Origin: Diadema antillarum
Taxonomy: Eukaryota
DNA: 64,000 nucleotides
Reading direction: 5' to 3'
Assembly: GCF_040938485.1 (NCBI RefSeq)
Contig: NW_027271095.1
Location: 124,001 to 188,000, forward strand
Shown here: piece by piece, positions 51,947 to 63,779 of the stretch
How the letters are laid out: each line of letters begins with the position of its first letter
Position numbering within the stretch: the first letter of the stretch is position 1
Translations under genes and position numbers: made by a program
Notes under the pieces: model-generated
Seen by the model: only the letters and a program-made list of their open reading frames with translations
Database searches by the model: none
What the model was told of the DNA's origin: nothing

Positions 51947-52877
51947 CTGCGCAGCCGGAAGGGGGTATCAAGGTCAAAATAATTTGGACTTTTTTTCAGG
52001 AAAGTGTTAATAGCAAAATCACGGCATTTAGCTCTTATTCCGCGTGTGCATCATCTATAGGGCTTTTTACACTTGTGTTTCTTAACCCCGGACTTTCTCT
52101 GACCCAGGATTATCGTTAGTCCCGTTTTTTCAGCTTTTTACACTCTCCAATTAGTCCCGTACTATCTCTTGTCCGGGGTTAAGGAGAAAACTGACCTTTT
52201 TACACTCGTATTTCTTAGCCCCGGACTTTCCAAACCACATGAATATTCATAATTACGCTGTGTACTGTACACGTACACGTACGCACCGGCAGCACTTGAT
52301 TTACCTCGTTTCTGATTGGTCAGTGAGGGTCGGACTTCGTCTCCGTCGCTTAGCCCAGGGAAATTTTTTCGTTCTGTTTACACTCACTTGCTTGGCACCG
52401 CAATTGCGGTGCTAACCCCTGCTATTTTGCAGGGCCAGATAGTATCGTACTATCGGTGGGGCTAGCCCACTTTGGCAAAAACGAGTGTAAACAGAAAGTG
52501 GGCTAAGGATAGTCCCGTACCAACGGTGGGGCTAAGCCCCCCCCCCCCCTTAGCCCCACCGTTGGTCCGGGGCTAAGCAAAAATTTACAAGTGTAAAAAG
52601 CCCTAAAGTGTATGTACAAAGTCTAATGAGGTAGAGGGGGAGGGTGTGGGAGGGGGATGCCCCCTCCCACTCGACGGAGCTGTTGCGTTTTTAAAATCGA
52701 AATAAAGTGATCTGAAGAAATTTTGTGAGAAATTCGGGTAGTGTGATTTTCCCCCCGATTTTTCCCCTTTCTTTCTTTTTTTTTTCTTTTTTTGTCAAGA
52801 TCCAAAAGTGTGTGTGGGGGAGGGGGGGGGGGGGCTGCAACCCCCCAGCCCCCCCCCCCCCCGTTCTGCGGCCCCTG
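51878..52877. mobile_element. GC-rich hAT-like element with 5-bp TSD just upstream of GST D
   Basis: TIR CAGGGGCCGCGGAACG / CGTTCTGCGGCCCCTG (15 of 16) and TSD TATGT at 51873-51877 and 52878-52882. Contains poly-G and poly-C tracts. Confidence 0.8.
52060..52603. mobile_element. Nested MITE with GGGC termini (PIF/Harbinger-like ends)
   Basis: TIR GGGCTTTTTACACTTGT / ACAAGTGTAAAAAGCCC with TA on both flanks and internal TTAGCCCC repeats. Confidence 0.75.
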
Positions 52878-53534
52878 TATGTGAATTCCTTTTTGTAACT
52901 CCATGTGCTATCGACGAACGAGGAGCAATTAATATTAAGGGGTATAGGTATAAGCAGTGAAGTAGCTGCTTTGATAATAGTTTTAACATTTAAATTTATA
53001 GGTCACATAAAATTCAATATGTTTGTTTGCTTTAAAGCACTATTTTCAACTCAATAATTCAACTCATATTCGCTTTATATCTCTCACATCTCAACTCTAT
53101 GTTTACTTTATCATTCACGTTCTTATGCTAGAAAGAAAACAAAACGAAACGAAACGAAAAAAAAGAAGAATTCCTAAGTAACATACCACTTATACACGAT
53201 TATGGAATACAGCTCCAAATCCTTGAATCACTTTTGATATCCCTTTCTCCCTTCTTTGTGTGAAGGTATTCCTTTCTCTGCATGTTCCTCGTATTTGTCT
53301 CGTTATATAATTATAGACAATCAAGCTTTATTATGCTAAGCTTGATGCGTTTAATTTAAAGTATACATGAAGGAAAACTAGAGGCTAAAGTTGTTTTTTT
53401 TTTCCATTGCTCCTTCAGTTCCGATCAGAAATTTGGATTTTTTTACAAACACCCCATGTTACACTGAGGCCGAGGTGAGGGGATTTACCCCTCTCACAGA
53501 AGGGAGATTTTGCATAATATGTATGTATATATAT

Positions 53535-54165
53535 AAGTAAGTAAGTAAGTTGGCATCCATTCGTCTCGAGAAACGATGGCGTAGCACGAGCTAGGCAAGA
53601 AGTTTGCACTGCCTTGAGTGGCTGTAAAGCCCCACTCTTGAGTGGCAATCCTTAGAGCACTTGCAGCAGATGAAGTCTGTTGGGGCCATATAGGACTGCC
53701 CGTGCCTTTCTCTTAGCTCTCCTGTCGGTCTGCTGTACGTGCCTTACAGCTTCAGCTCTCTGAACGCCCTCCCTGACGGTGCCTCTCCATAGCGGACGAT
53801 CTTCAGCTACACCTTCCCATGTGTTGGTGTTGATGTCCATCGTCTTCATGTCACGTTTGCACACATCTTTGAAGCGAAGATGCGGCCTTCTCATGGGACG
53901 AGACCCCTCGCTTAGCTCTCCATACAGCATTGTCCTTCGGGATGCGACCTGGTTCCATTCGACGCACATGACCCAACCACTTCAGGCGTCTCTGGCCGAG
54001 GAGTGAAAACATGCTGAGAATGCCGGCACGCTGGAGGACCTCTGCATTTGTCACCCTATCCTGCCATTTTATGTGCAGGAGTCGTCTGAGGCAACGGAGG
54101 TGGAAGGTGTTGAGCCTCTTCTCCTGGCCAGCATATGTTGCCCAGGACTCAGAGCCGTATAGCCG
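53535..54165 (-). mobile_element. 5'-truncated RTE-clade (BovB-like) LINE 3' end
   Basis: LYGSESW…LNTFHLRCLRRLLHIKWQD…RRLKWLGHVRRM…RIPK…LYGEL…RPHLRFKD, followed by C-terminal CCKCSKDCHSRVGLYSHSRQC in a shifted frame. Two frameshifts and an (ACTT)n tail at 53535-53550. Confidence 0.9.
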
Positions 54166-54384
54166 TATATATATATATGTATATATATACATATATACAT
54201 GTATATATATTTTCGCAAAAACATTATCCCAATTCACCGCTACGTGAATCTCATTGGAGATCCAGCTGAGGCACGCGGCTGGTCGTTATTCATAACTCTC
54301 TGCCCCAAAAAGGAACGTATGCTAAAGAGTTGAAAGGTTGGTCCGTCGGGTATTCGAGCTTGGGTCTGCCTGAATCGCTATGAC

Positions 54385-54456
54385 GTCTCCGTGGCCGAGC
54401 GGTTAAGGCGTTGGCGTTCCATGCCAAAGACCCGGGTTCGATTCCCGGCGGAGACC
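54385..54456 (+). tRNA. tRNA-like gene with anticodon TCC (Gly) but a non-Gly body; probably a tRNA-derived repeat head
   Basis: Complete cloverleaf: acceptor GTCTCCG/CGGAGAC, D stem GCC/GGC, anticodon stem TTGGC/GCCAA, T stem CCGGG/CCCGG with a TTCGATT loop. TTTTT at 54459-54463. The 3' flank recurs at 32352-32433. Confidence 0.55.
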
Positions 54457-54566
54457 AATTTTTCAACTCTTGCGCTTTTCCAAAAAGGAGGAACAGCAAG
54501 AGGAATAACGATGTCAAAGCTCCGCACCGATTTCTCCTCCCTTTCTCATATCTCACATAATATATA

Positions 54567-55459
54567 CAGTATGTGAATATTGTCCCTAAAAAAATTACAA
54601 CGGGGCCTTCCGCAATGATATCTTTAAAAATAGTGAATCAATCTAAATACAAATTCAGGGTATGAAACTATAACTCATTGCCCACATCTTACAGAAAACC
54701 CCATTCGATTTGCTTCAGTGTTCAAAGAGAAATGAGGAATTTTGTAGAGGATGTCGGGAATCTCTTTTGTCCAAGTTCAGTCTATTATTCACACACAAGA
54801 GCACTGAATTGCTAAAATTGGAAGACTGAGACTCATGACATGCTTAAAAACAATCCACATTTCTCTGTGACCCCTTAACCAAATTGAATGGGGTTTTCTG
54901 CAAAATAGAGCTAAGATGTTACATTTTAAGACCCTGAAGTAGCACTTAGACAGGTTGATCATAATATTGGGTGCTATCGATTCGAAAATCTGATTGTAAT
55001 TTTTGGGGCGACTTACTGCAGTATGTCCCCCAAAAAATTAAAATCAGATTTTCGCATTGATAACGCCCATTGTATGATTACATTTCCTAAATGCTTCTTC
55101 AAGGTCTTAAAATATAACATTTTAGCTCTATTTTGCAGAAATCCCCATTCGATTTGGTTAAGCGGTCACAGAGAAATGTGGATTGTTGTAAAGCATGTCA
55201 TGAATCAGATTCTTCCGAGTTTAGCATTTCGATGATCTTGTGTGTGAATAATAGACAGAACTTGGACAGAAGAGATTCATGACATCCTCTACAAAATTCC
55301 TCATTTCTCTTTGACCACTGAAGCAAATCGAATGGGGTTTTCTGTAAGATGTGGGCAATGAGTTATAGTTTCCTACCCTGAATTTGTATTTAGATAGATT
55401 TACTATTTTTAAAGATATCATTGAGGAGGGCCCCGTTGTAATTTTTTTGGGACATACTG
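54567..55459. mobile_element. Inverted dimer of a ~450-bp Tc1-like MITE
   Basis: 54567-55018 is the reverse complement of 55019-55459, with scattered mismatches. Each unit has CAGTATGT…ACTG ends, and the two are fused at CTG|CAG. Confidence 0.85.
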
Positions 55460-55467
55460 TATATATA

Positions 55468-56682
55468 CTAGGTGTTTCAAAAAACATTTCCCACTTTTGA
55501 TTCTTAATAATTCCTAAACTATAAATCAGATAACATTGTCATTGATATGACTTATAGCTGAATAGTGTACAATTTTGTTGAAGGTAGTTTAAATATGAAA
55601 GCATAAATTAGTTTCATGAAATCCATGATTAATTTCACGGTTAGGTTTCAGATTTTGCTCTATTTTCAACCCTCTGTACAAAACGTTCACTTTGCACAGG
55701 GGTCAATGGGTGTGTGTGGGAGTGTGTGGTTAACACCCTGACATAATGGTCCTGAACAATGGCCAGGGTTTGAATGCTTCATTATTTATTCATGAGAAAT
55801 TCCACTATATACTAGTTTTTATTCAGCCTATGGCAGTATCTGTGTAAAGTCAAACGCCTGCCGATACTGTCGTTGAGTGGCGACAGTGCTCTCCCTACTT
55901 CTGAAAAACGAAATTACAATGAATACCTTCTGTTCTGTCGTAAACATGGTGACAGGAAGCAAAGAAAATCAATATAGAGCATACACTTGTGTATATGGAG
56001 CCTTGAATAAATCTTCTGTGAAACAAATTGCCCCAGTGAAAAATGCTGCTGAACTCTTTACCAAAAATGATCTCTTTTTATTAAAAAAGCGACAAATTTG
56101 TCAGATTAGTGGACAGTTGTATTAAAATGAAGAACTCTAGATCAGTTATGCTTATTTATATCCCAGATTCAGTGATATGTAAAGCAAAATTTGAAAATGA
56201 TTGTCAACTGGAATGAAATTTGGTGTTTGCAAGCACATGGAAACATGTGCTTACGTTTTCCATGTGCATATGTTTTACCCTTTACCGTGCATGAATTCAG
56301 ACTAGCAGTGCCCAGGGCAATCCACATGAATTATTGATTAAGCATTCATGTGCCTGGGAGCGCGAGACTGACGCCTCGTGAACAGGTGGTTCAGGCATGT
56401 CCATTGCTCAGGGCCATTGTCAGCACACACTCACAGACACATCATTGGTTCCTGTGTAAAGTTCATTTTTGCACAGAGGGCTAAAATTTGACCAAAATCT
56501 GAAACCTTACTTCAAAATCAATCTTAGATTTCATGAAATTGATTCATGCTTTCGCATCCAAATTGCCTTCAACAAAATTGTACACTCTTCAGCTATTACT
56601 CATATCAATGACAGTTTTATCAAATGAATAGTTTTTGCGCTGTTAATGATCAAAAGTGGGAAATGTTTTTTGAAACACCTAG
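55468..56682. mobile_element. Tc1/mariner-like non-autonomous element with ~200-bp TIRs
   Basis: TA-CTAGGTGTTTCAAAAAACATTTCCCACTTTTGAT… / …ATCAAAAGTGGGAAATGTTTTTTGAAACACCTAG-TA. No transposase ORF seen. Confidence 0.8.
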
Positions 56683-56841
56683 TATATATATATATATATA
56701 TATTAAGAACTGAACTGGTGCACACTTTTTGGTGGAATATTTCGAAAATTGTCAATCAAAAAGTGAGAAATGTGATATCTGTCACCTAGCTCCTTCCACA
56801 TTTGCGTCTTCACTGTGTACTAAGTATATACGACAGAAGGG

Positions 56842-56885
<44 letters not shown>

Positions 56886-57361
56886 TGTGTGTGTGTAGGG
56901 CTGGGGGAAACTCCTCCCATTTAGGGACAATTTGAATCTTGGAATCTGTCACGTCTTGTTCCACCTGTGTGTCTTTATTGTGTACATTGTCTACGGAGAT
57001 GCAGAGCGATCATAATAAATAGCTATGAATCAATGGAGTGGTGGCAGATGCATGTATGTAGCTCCAATTAAGAAACCTAAGAAATAAACATTATACATCC
57101 TTTATTGTTGCGTGTATTTCTTACTTACTTATAACATCATTATTTGAAAATATTTTATCTAGACTCCAAAGGAAAAAGGGGGAGGGGGCGGAGCGTGTAC
57201 GTCACTTCTTATACAATCTCACATTGAAGGACATCGATTCTTGCAAAACATATTGTGATTCAGTACGTGAAAAGTAGAGGTCCAGGATAGTATAAGCGGT
57301 TCGCCTTTCAATGTATCATGTATATGTAATGTGATAATCTTCCATCTCATACATCGGTTTT

Positions 57362-57656
57362 CAGAGACTCCAACTCTCCCGTTTTCGACGGGAGATCTCC
57401 CGCCGAAAACCCATTTTTGCAAAATCTCCCGTTTTCCCGATTATGATTTAATTTCTCCCGCCCTGGCTCTTTGTCTCCCGTTGGAAAGGATTTCTTACTT
57501 ATTTCTATGGTATGTTGAAAAAATAAGCCTTAAATAGCACCAGCGAGCATCTAGAACCCTGGGAATTTCGCACACATCCACTTGGAATCTCCCGTTTGCT
57601 AGGGGTTCAGGCGGGAGAATCTCCAGATCAGAAGGTGCTTTGGGTTGGAGTCTCTG
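57362..57656. mobile_element. hAT-like MITE
   Basis: TIR CAGAGACTCCAAC / GTTGGAGTCTCTG, internal TCTCCCG repeats, and an imperfect 6-bp flank duplication GGTTTT/AGTTTT. Confidence 0.7.
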
Positions 57657-58919
57657 AGTTTATGTAAGAATGTATATAATATGACTGTATGTTTCTGAAA
57701 CAATCACCGATTGCACAAAAAATGGACACTATCGGACATTATTACAAAACAGGAACGCATCCCTTAACGAGTAAACTGCTATCAGAGACACAGAGTGTAG
57801 GTAATATTGTTTTTATGAAGCCACATTCACACGGTTCACATCACTGAATAATCTCTCTCCATAGTGTTCGCAGGTATTATAGTTCTGAGTTACGTTTTCT
57901 GTCTATTATTACTATAACATGCATGATTATCGCAATGCTCTTTTCATGTACTTATGTTTAGAGTAATTTAGCTTCTAGTAGATAGATAAAAAGTATATAT
58001 AAACACCGAATCAAATACAATGTACATATTCACAGATCTGAAAAGGAGAGCCACATTTTGGTGATGAATACACATAAGCAATCCTATATACCGGTGAATT
58101 TCATTCGCATGTTACAGTCGTTATGTGCGTGCGTGTGAATGTCGGTTTAATCGAAGTCAACAAGTCAATGTTGATTGATTATATTACCAGTGTACCGAAG
58201 TCAACAATCTGTGAATTAATGCACTGTACTTTGCGATGAGCTGAAGTCAGGGGCACCTAATAAAATCATGCACAGTGGAGTGATATACTGAATTATTTCG
58301 GCTGAACTGGCCGCTATGAAAGGAGTAGTGAAAATATGGGGGGAAAAATGATCCGCTCGCGTCTGCATGCCTATTCAGAAATATTGATTAAGAGAGTCAT
58401 AAAACTCGATTGAAAAAATTCAGTCTTATTCGCATGTAGTCAGTGTATGTCTCTAGGAAAGAATTTTGCCAGATTTCTAGTGTTGGCAGTAGAAGCAAAA
58501 GAAGAAGAAGGAACAAGAAGAAGAAGAACAAACAACAAGAAGAAAAAGAAGAAGTAGTAGTAGCCTAGTAGTTTAGAAGAAGAAGAAGCTAGATGAAGAA
58601 GAAGAAGGAGAAGGAGGAGGAAAAGTAGACGAAATGAGGTATAAACACTATGGTAAGTAACTGAATACAATCGAACTGGTATGGACTTCTCATTAAAGAT
58701 TCAGTCTCATGACTAAAAGTTGTAGTCCATTCAATTGCCATTTATTCTCCTTCTGTATGGATTTTTTTTTGTGTGTGTGAGCATGATAACGAGAATATAT
58801 CTTTTTTCTATGTTACCAAAAGTAATATTTCTCATATTTTGTATTCCACTGTTCATGATATAGAATATACAGCAGTGCATATCATTGTATGTATATATTA
58901 TGTATGTATATATATAAAT

Positions 58920-58967
<48 letters not shown>

Positions 58968-58996
58968 TATAATGATAATAGTTGGTATCAGTACAG

Positions 58997-59148
58997 AAAA
59001 GATGACGAAGTAGGGTGGTATGGTCCAACAGTGCTATTTATTCAGACCAAATTTTTGTCGACCCTGAGGAAGACGTATGTATTCGTCGAAAATTTGGTCT
59101 GAATAAATAGCACTGTTGGACTGAAATGCATTACCACCCTACTTCGTC

Positions 59149-59155
<7 letters not shown>
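58997..59155. mobile_element. Penelope-like inverted pLTR remnant
   Basis: ~55-bp inverted arms around a central CCCTGAGGAAGAC…GTCGAAA motif, AATAAA downstream, and (TA)n arrays on both sides. Confidence 0.55.
59060..59099 (+). ncRNA. Minimal type I hammerhead-ribozyme-like motif
   Basis: Stem I GACC/GGTC, core CUGAGGA, an extra A, stem II GACG/CGUC, GAA, palindromic stem III AAUU, and U at the cleavage position. Confidence 0.5.
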
Positions 59156-59207
<52 letters not shown>

Positions 59208-59695
59208 ATTATTATCATTATTATCACCATGAATAATATTTTTGTAATACAAAAGTAATTAGAAGGTAATTTTCAGTGGGCAATGCTCTGAATCGAATGA
59301 AACTATGAATGATGAATGCCACAATTTGTTGGTAAATTGTTGCTGCTGAGCCATGGAACACTGTTTATGACGAATTATTTTCTTCCTCCACTGGAATGTT
59401 AAAAGAACTCAAGATGTTATTGCGTATTCATCCATGTATAGAGAGCAGAGCAAAGCAGTCAGTAGATTCCAGAATTGGCTTCCTGACCCCACACGTTGGT
59501 GGTGTTTCAACATCCTTAGATCCATCACAGTGCGGGCGCAATGATATCTCATCTGGGCGTCTCGCCTTCCTCTAGTCTATACAGCTCTGCAATAGCGTTC
59601 ATAAATATATCATATCCACGCATATCTCTTGTTCATTTCTTGGCATGAATCTATGTACATTGTACATAACTTGCTATATAGTGTCTCAGCACGAA

Positions 59696-62600
59696 TTATA
59701 CCAAGTCTGGTGTACGCGATAGGTCCTTCTGTTTCCATAAAATATAACAGGGCAGACTCAGTGTCGTGAGGTCAGCTGCAATAAATCCAGTTGTTACCTG
59801 TGTGTTTAATAAAGTACGTATAGAGAACGCCAGCTGATGCCTTTAATATACTGATAGAGACAAGCTCCTTTTGCATATTGCTACCAAGTACATCCTAAAG
59901 TCATATATGTGTTTACTTTCAAAAATTATCATGTTTTACGATGCCATCATAATTATGCCAACCATTGCTACTTCAGGCTGCAGTATGAGACTATCAAAAC
60001 TTTTTCATTCCCCTCTTGCAACTTCCAGTGGAATTGATACCAGTACATCACTAACTAATTCAATAAGAAATGCAACCAAAGAGGTTATTGATGGTAATGA
60101 TAATAATAACAAATGATTATTGTAATAATAGGGAAAATAGTTTAAAAGCAAAATAATGACAAAATTTCATTATTCTCTAGAACTTTGCACTCAATCTTTT
60201 CAATATGATCCTTTTAATATATAGTAATTAAAAAGAAAACACGTAGCGATCACGTTCCTTACATTAAAGTATTGTTTGCAGTATAGTATAATATTCCAAG
60301 TAAGCTTTCTTACGAAGAAAGGATCCCCTTGGAGATGTCGTTGTATGAAGGTGAAGAGAGGGTATTGCAGGAGAAGACACACGCCCCCTAGTGCTCGGAT
60401 AAGTCCATACACAGTGGCGAAGTTATGACGGAAACTGAAATGTGGATAAGAAAGAAGACATCAAAGGGATTTCACTTCCAGCGGAACTGGCGTATTTATG
60501 TCAATATTGGCATCGTCCACCCACCCCCTTATCTTTCTGTGACATGTCTTTACTAATATCTACAAAGATGAATCGTTAAGATAAGAAGGTCCACCTGGAC
60601 AAGTATAATTTGATTATGATTCCCATTTTCAAAAGTGGAGAATATATTTAACAGTTAAAAAGTTGTGCATTTTTTAACGGTGAATTCTTTGTGTAAACAT
60701 CAATCATTCGGGGTCTTAATGGTTTTGTTTCATTTTGTTCGATGAAAATTAAGTAAAATTACATGTACAATCTCTTACGAGTTCATCGACAGAGCGTTTT
60801 CTTGAGCAATGATTTAGCAGAATTAATGCCGTGATGTTGCACCGTGATGATCCTGTCAATTGCATTTCCAAAAGACAGCAGGCTGTCGTTCTTTTGGAGT
60901 GTAGTGAGTCTCAATTTTGGTAGAGCGTATAATGATAATACATTCTATTTCTCTAGTGCATACTTAATAAACGTCGTCACCACTGAAGATAATCAGAAGA
61001 AATATGGATTTTTTCCCCATCAAACTGCCACTTCGTAGGCATGATTGACAATATCTGTATAGCTGTGAGATAGACAGGTATATATTTTGGTTTGCAACAA
61101 ATTAATGGTAGCAACACAAACATACAAACATTCCCTTACGCGATGGCGGATACAGCAGCGCCAACTCCATAGAGCATGGATCGCATGAAGAGCATGAAAA
61201 TGGCAGTCACATACTGCATGAGTAGACTGGGCACGAGAAGGCAGATGGAGTAACCAACAGCCAGGAGTGTAATGAGGGCGAGAGGTAGACAACTAGTTCT
61301 CAGTTCAGCAAAAGTGTTCCTACGGCATCCTGCAAAATGTTGGGGCGACAAGATTAACATTCTATGACTGTGAAGTTAACGTTTGTCATGTCGTTTTATC
61401 GCAGGGGAGTGATCCTGTTTATGATATCTGGCACCAATTCATATACGAGACGGATGATTTGGCTGTAATCCCATGCATGTACGAGGCGCAAAGTTCTCCG
61501 AAATACGTTCTAAGCTGTTCTCTGGATAGAAGACACGAAGATTTGCAAGTAGGCCTACTTGTCCATGTTTTGAGTAAAAGTTTGATTAATTCAATTCAAT
61601 ACAACAATTCATTTATTTCCATTGAAAGAATACATGATACAACGCGGTATATGTATCAATTAAATTATTAGTAACAGACGTCATTGTAAGAAGGAGCTTA
61701 CAGACATTATTCCCCTTAGCTTAAAGAAGAAAAATCCCGAATTTTAATCAGTATCGGAAAAAAGGGGGTGGTAAAAGGTGTTATTAAAGAATGACTCATG
61801 CAAAGTCAGCTGCATTAACATTTCCCATGCGTATATGAACTGTAAATAAACGATGTAAGACGCACAGAATTATCATAGATAGAGCATTACTGGCGTGAGG
61901 TTACTATCGGGGTGATAATGGAAAACTACGTGAATATCATCTTGTAATGCTTCTTCAAAAAACACTCTTGTAAAATCCATGATGCAAGATGAAATGAGTG
62001 TTGAACTGGTGTTGAACTCACCTCTCCTCGAGTCAGGATGAGGAGGTTTGCTCCTCGCTTTCCTATCTATGAGCACGCCCCCAAGGGCGCCAACCACGAG
62101 AGAGAAAGACTGAATGATGGAGAAAACATTCGTGTAGCTCCCGACTGCTCCGTGAAAACAAAATGGTTATGTTGGGAAGCNNNNNNNNNNNNNNNNNNNN
62201 NNNNNNNNNNNNNNNNNNNNNNNNNNNNNNNNNNNNNNNNNNNNNNNNNNNNNNNNNNNNNNNNNNNNNNNNNNNNNNNNNNNNNNNNNNNNNNNNNNNN
62301 NNNNNNNNNNNTGTCATTTCCATTGGAAGTAATGATTAATTTCATTGGAGAATTTCACGTGAAAGTCTTATTGTTTAGGGAAAATATATTACACAGTCAT
62401 GGCAGTGAAACATGTAATCTTCACCAATTTGCGCTTCCAGAATATTCATGAAGCATTTCATTTTGTTCATTCTGTGACAAGGTTCACATATCGTAGTGTG
62501 ACTTCTTAACACATGACGTCAAGCCCGACCCCTATTGGAGTCGATGACTCACTTTGCTACAACTGTATAACGTCATTGATTAAACTAGGAGATTTTCCGC

Positions 62601-63779
62601 ACCTTTCTCGTTGTTATATTCAGCGAGACGCGATAGAATATGATTGAGTGCTCCGAAGGCGAAAGTCATGTCGAGCTGGAGGATGGTCATCCACACCAGG
62701 ATCAGCCAGAACGTGGTCGATTTCACGCAGTCGACAACCGATTCGTTATCTTCGTCAGCGGCTTGGGCAATTTCGCTCTCTCCATCAACAATATCCGAAT
62801 CGCATGACAGCATATCCATTGCAATTTGTGCAGCAGGATGCCCGTTTGCGGCCTCTGGGAAAATCATTAAACATTGTTAAAAGAATGAACATCTCACTTT
62901 ATAATCCACATCTGTTACAATAATGATTAATTTTCCATTTACAAACTACCTCATTTAGAGCTGAAATGCGTGATTTGATAACATTTTGAGATGTGCGTAA
63001 TCACACTTTATATTTCTATGCCCTTGAATAAAAATTGATCCTGTCTTAAGTGTATTTGCTGTGGTTCCCGCTTGCAGGGGGGGGGGGGTGGTATTACTGC
63101 ATTAACGATTCGGATTGTGTTACTTCTACATTGTTTCTATTCACCTATGCAACTATTGCTTCTTTATCGCCTCATTTTACTGATTCTGGCCGATTCTCTA
63201 CCAAAGCAAATACAACCAAAGAAGATGTACATCAGTGTCTTCTCCTGGCAAAAATGAGCTACAACCAGGTTTAAGCTCCTCCAATAACGTATTGAAGCCC
63301 AATTGACTGACCAACTACTACAGCCTGTTATGATGGATAGAATGTGGTACATACTGTCCGATGCTTCGACATATTTCTCGTCCGGTAACGGGGGCCACTT
63401 GATACCGTCTTTTGGCAGGAGGCAAGTAGTGATGGTAAACACTGGGGTAGATGCAGCCATGATAAAAAAGGACGTTTGCATAGAAATTCCAGACTCGTAA
63501 GCTATCTGCAACACAACAGAAGCAACAAAATACATTTGTATATCCATATTGACGTTATCAACTTTTGATATACGTCCTCTATTCGAGCAGGTCTGAGTTC
63601 AACCAGAAACACATATTTTACAGTCCTTTTTCTTTGTTGCCGACGTAAATTCTCAACCGACATAAATTCATAAAACGTTTTCTCACCTTGATGATAAAGA
63701 AAACGATCAGAGAGGTACTGTAGGATCCATTCATCAGATTTATCATTGTAAAACGATGACCTTTGAAGAGATTTCCTAT
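59696..63779 (-). CDS. SLC43A3: SLC43A-family MFS transporter (SLC43A3/LAT3-LAT4-like), last seven coding exons; 5' exons lie beyond the window
   Basis: Exons 63779-63687, 63505-63355, 62854-62603, 62144-62022, 61329-61140, 60434-60314, 59797-59696 join in frame with GT-AG junctions. Peptides IGNLF…MINLMNGSYSTS, VGSYTNVFSIIQ…GVLIDR, RSMLYG, LLQYPLFTFI…LQGDPFFV and LPCYILW resemble SLC43A members. The paralog assignment is uncertain. Confidence 0.85.

Noticed and set aside
55877-56125. 82-aa ORF inside the Tc1-like element as a transposase
   Set aside because: No HTH or DDE/D motif.
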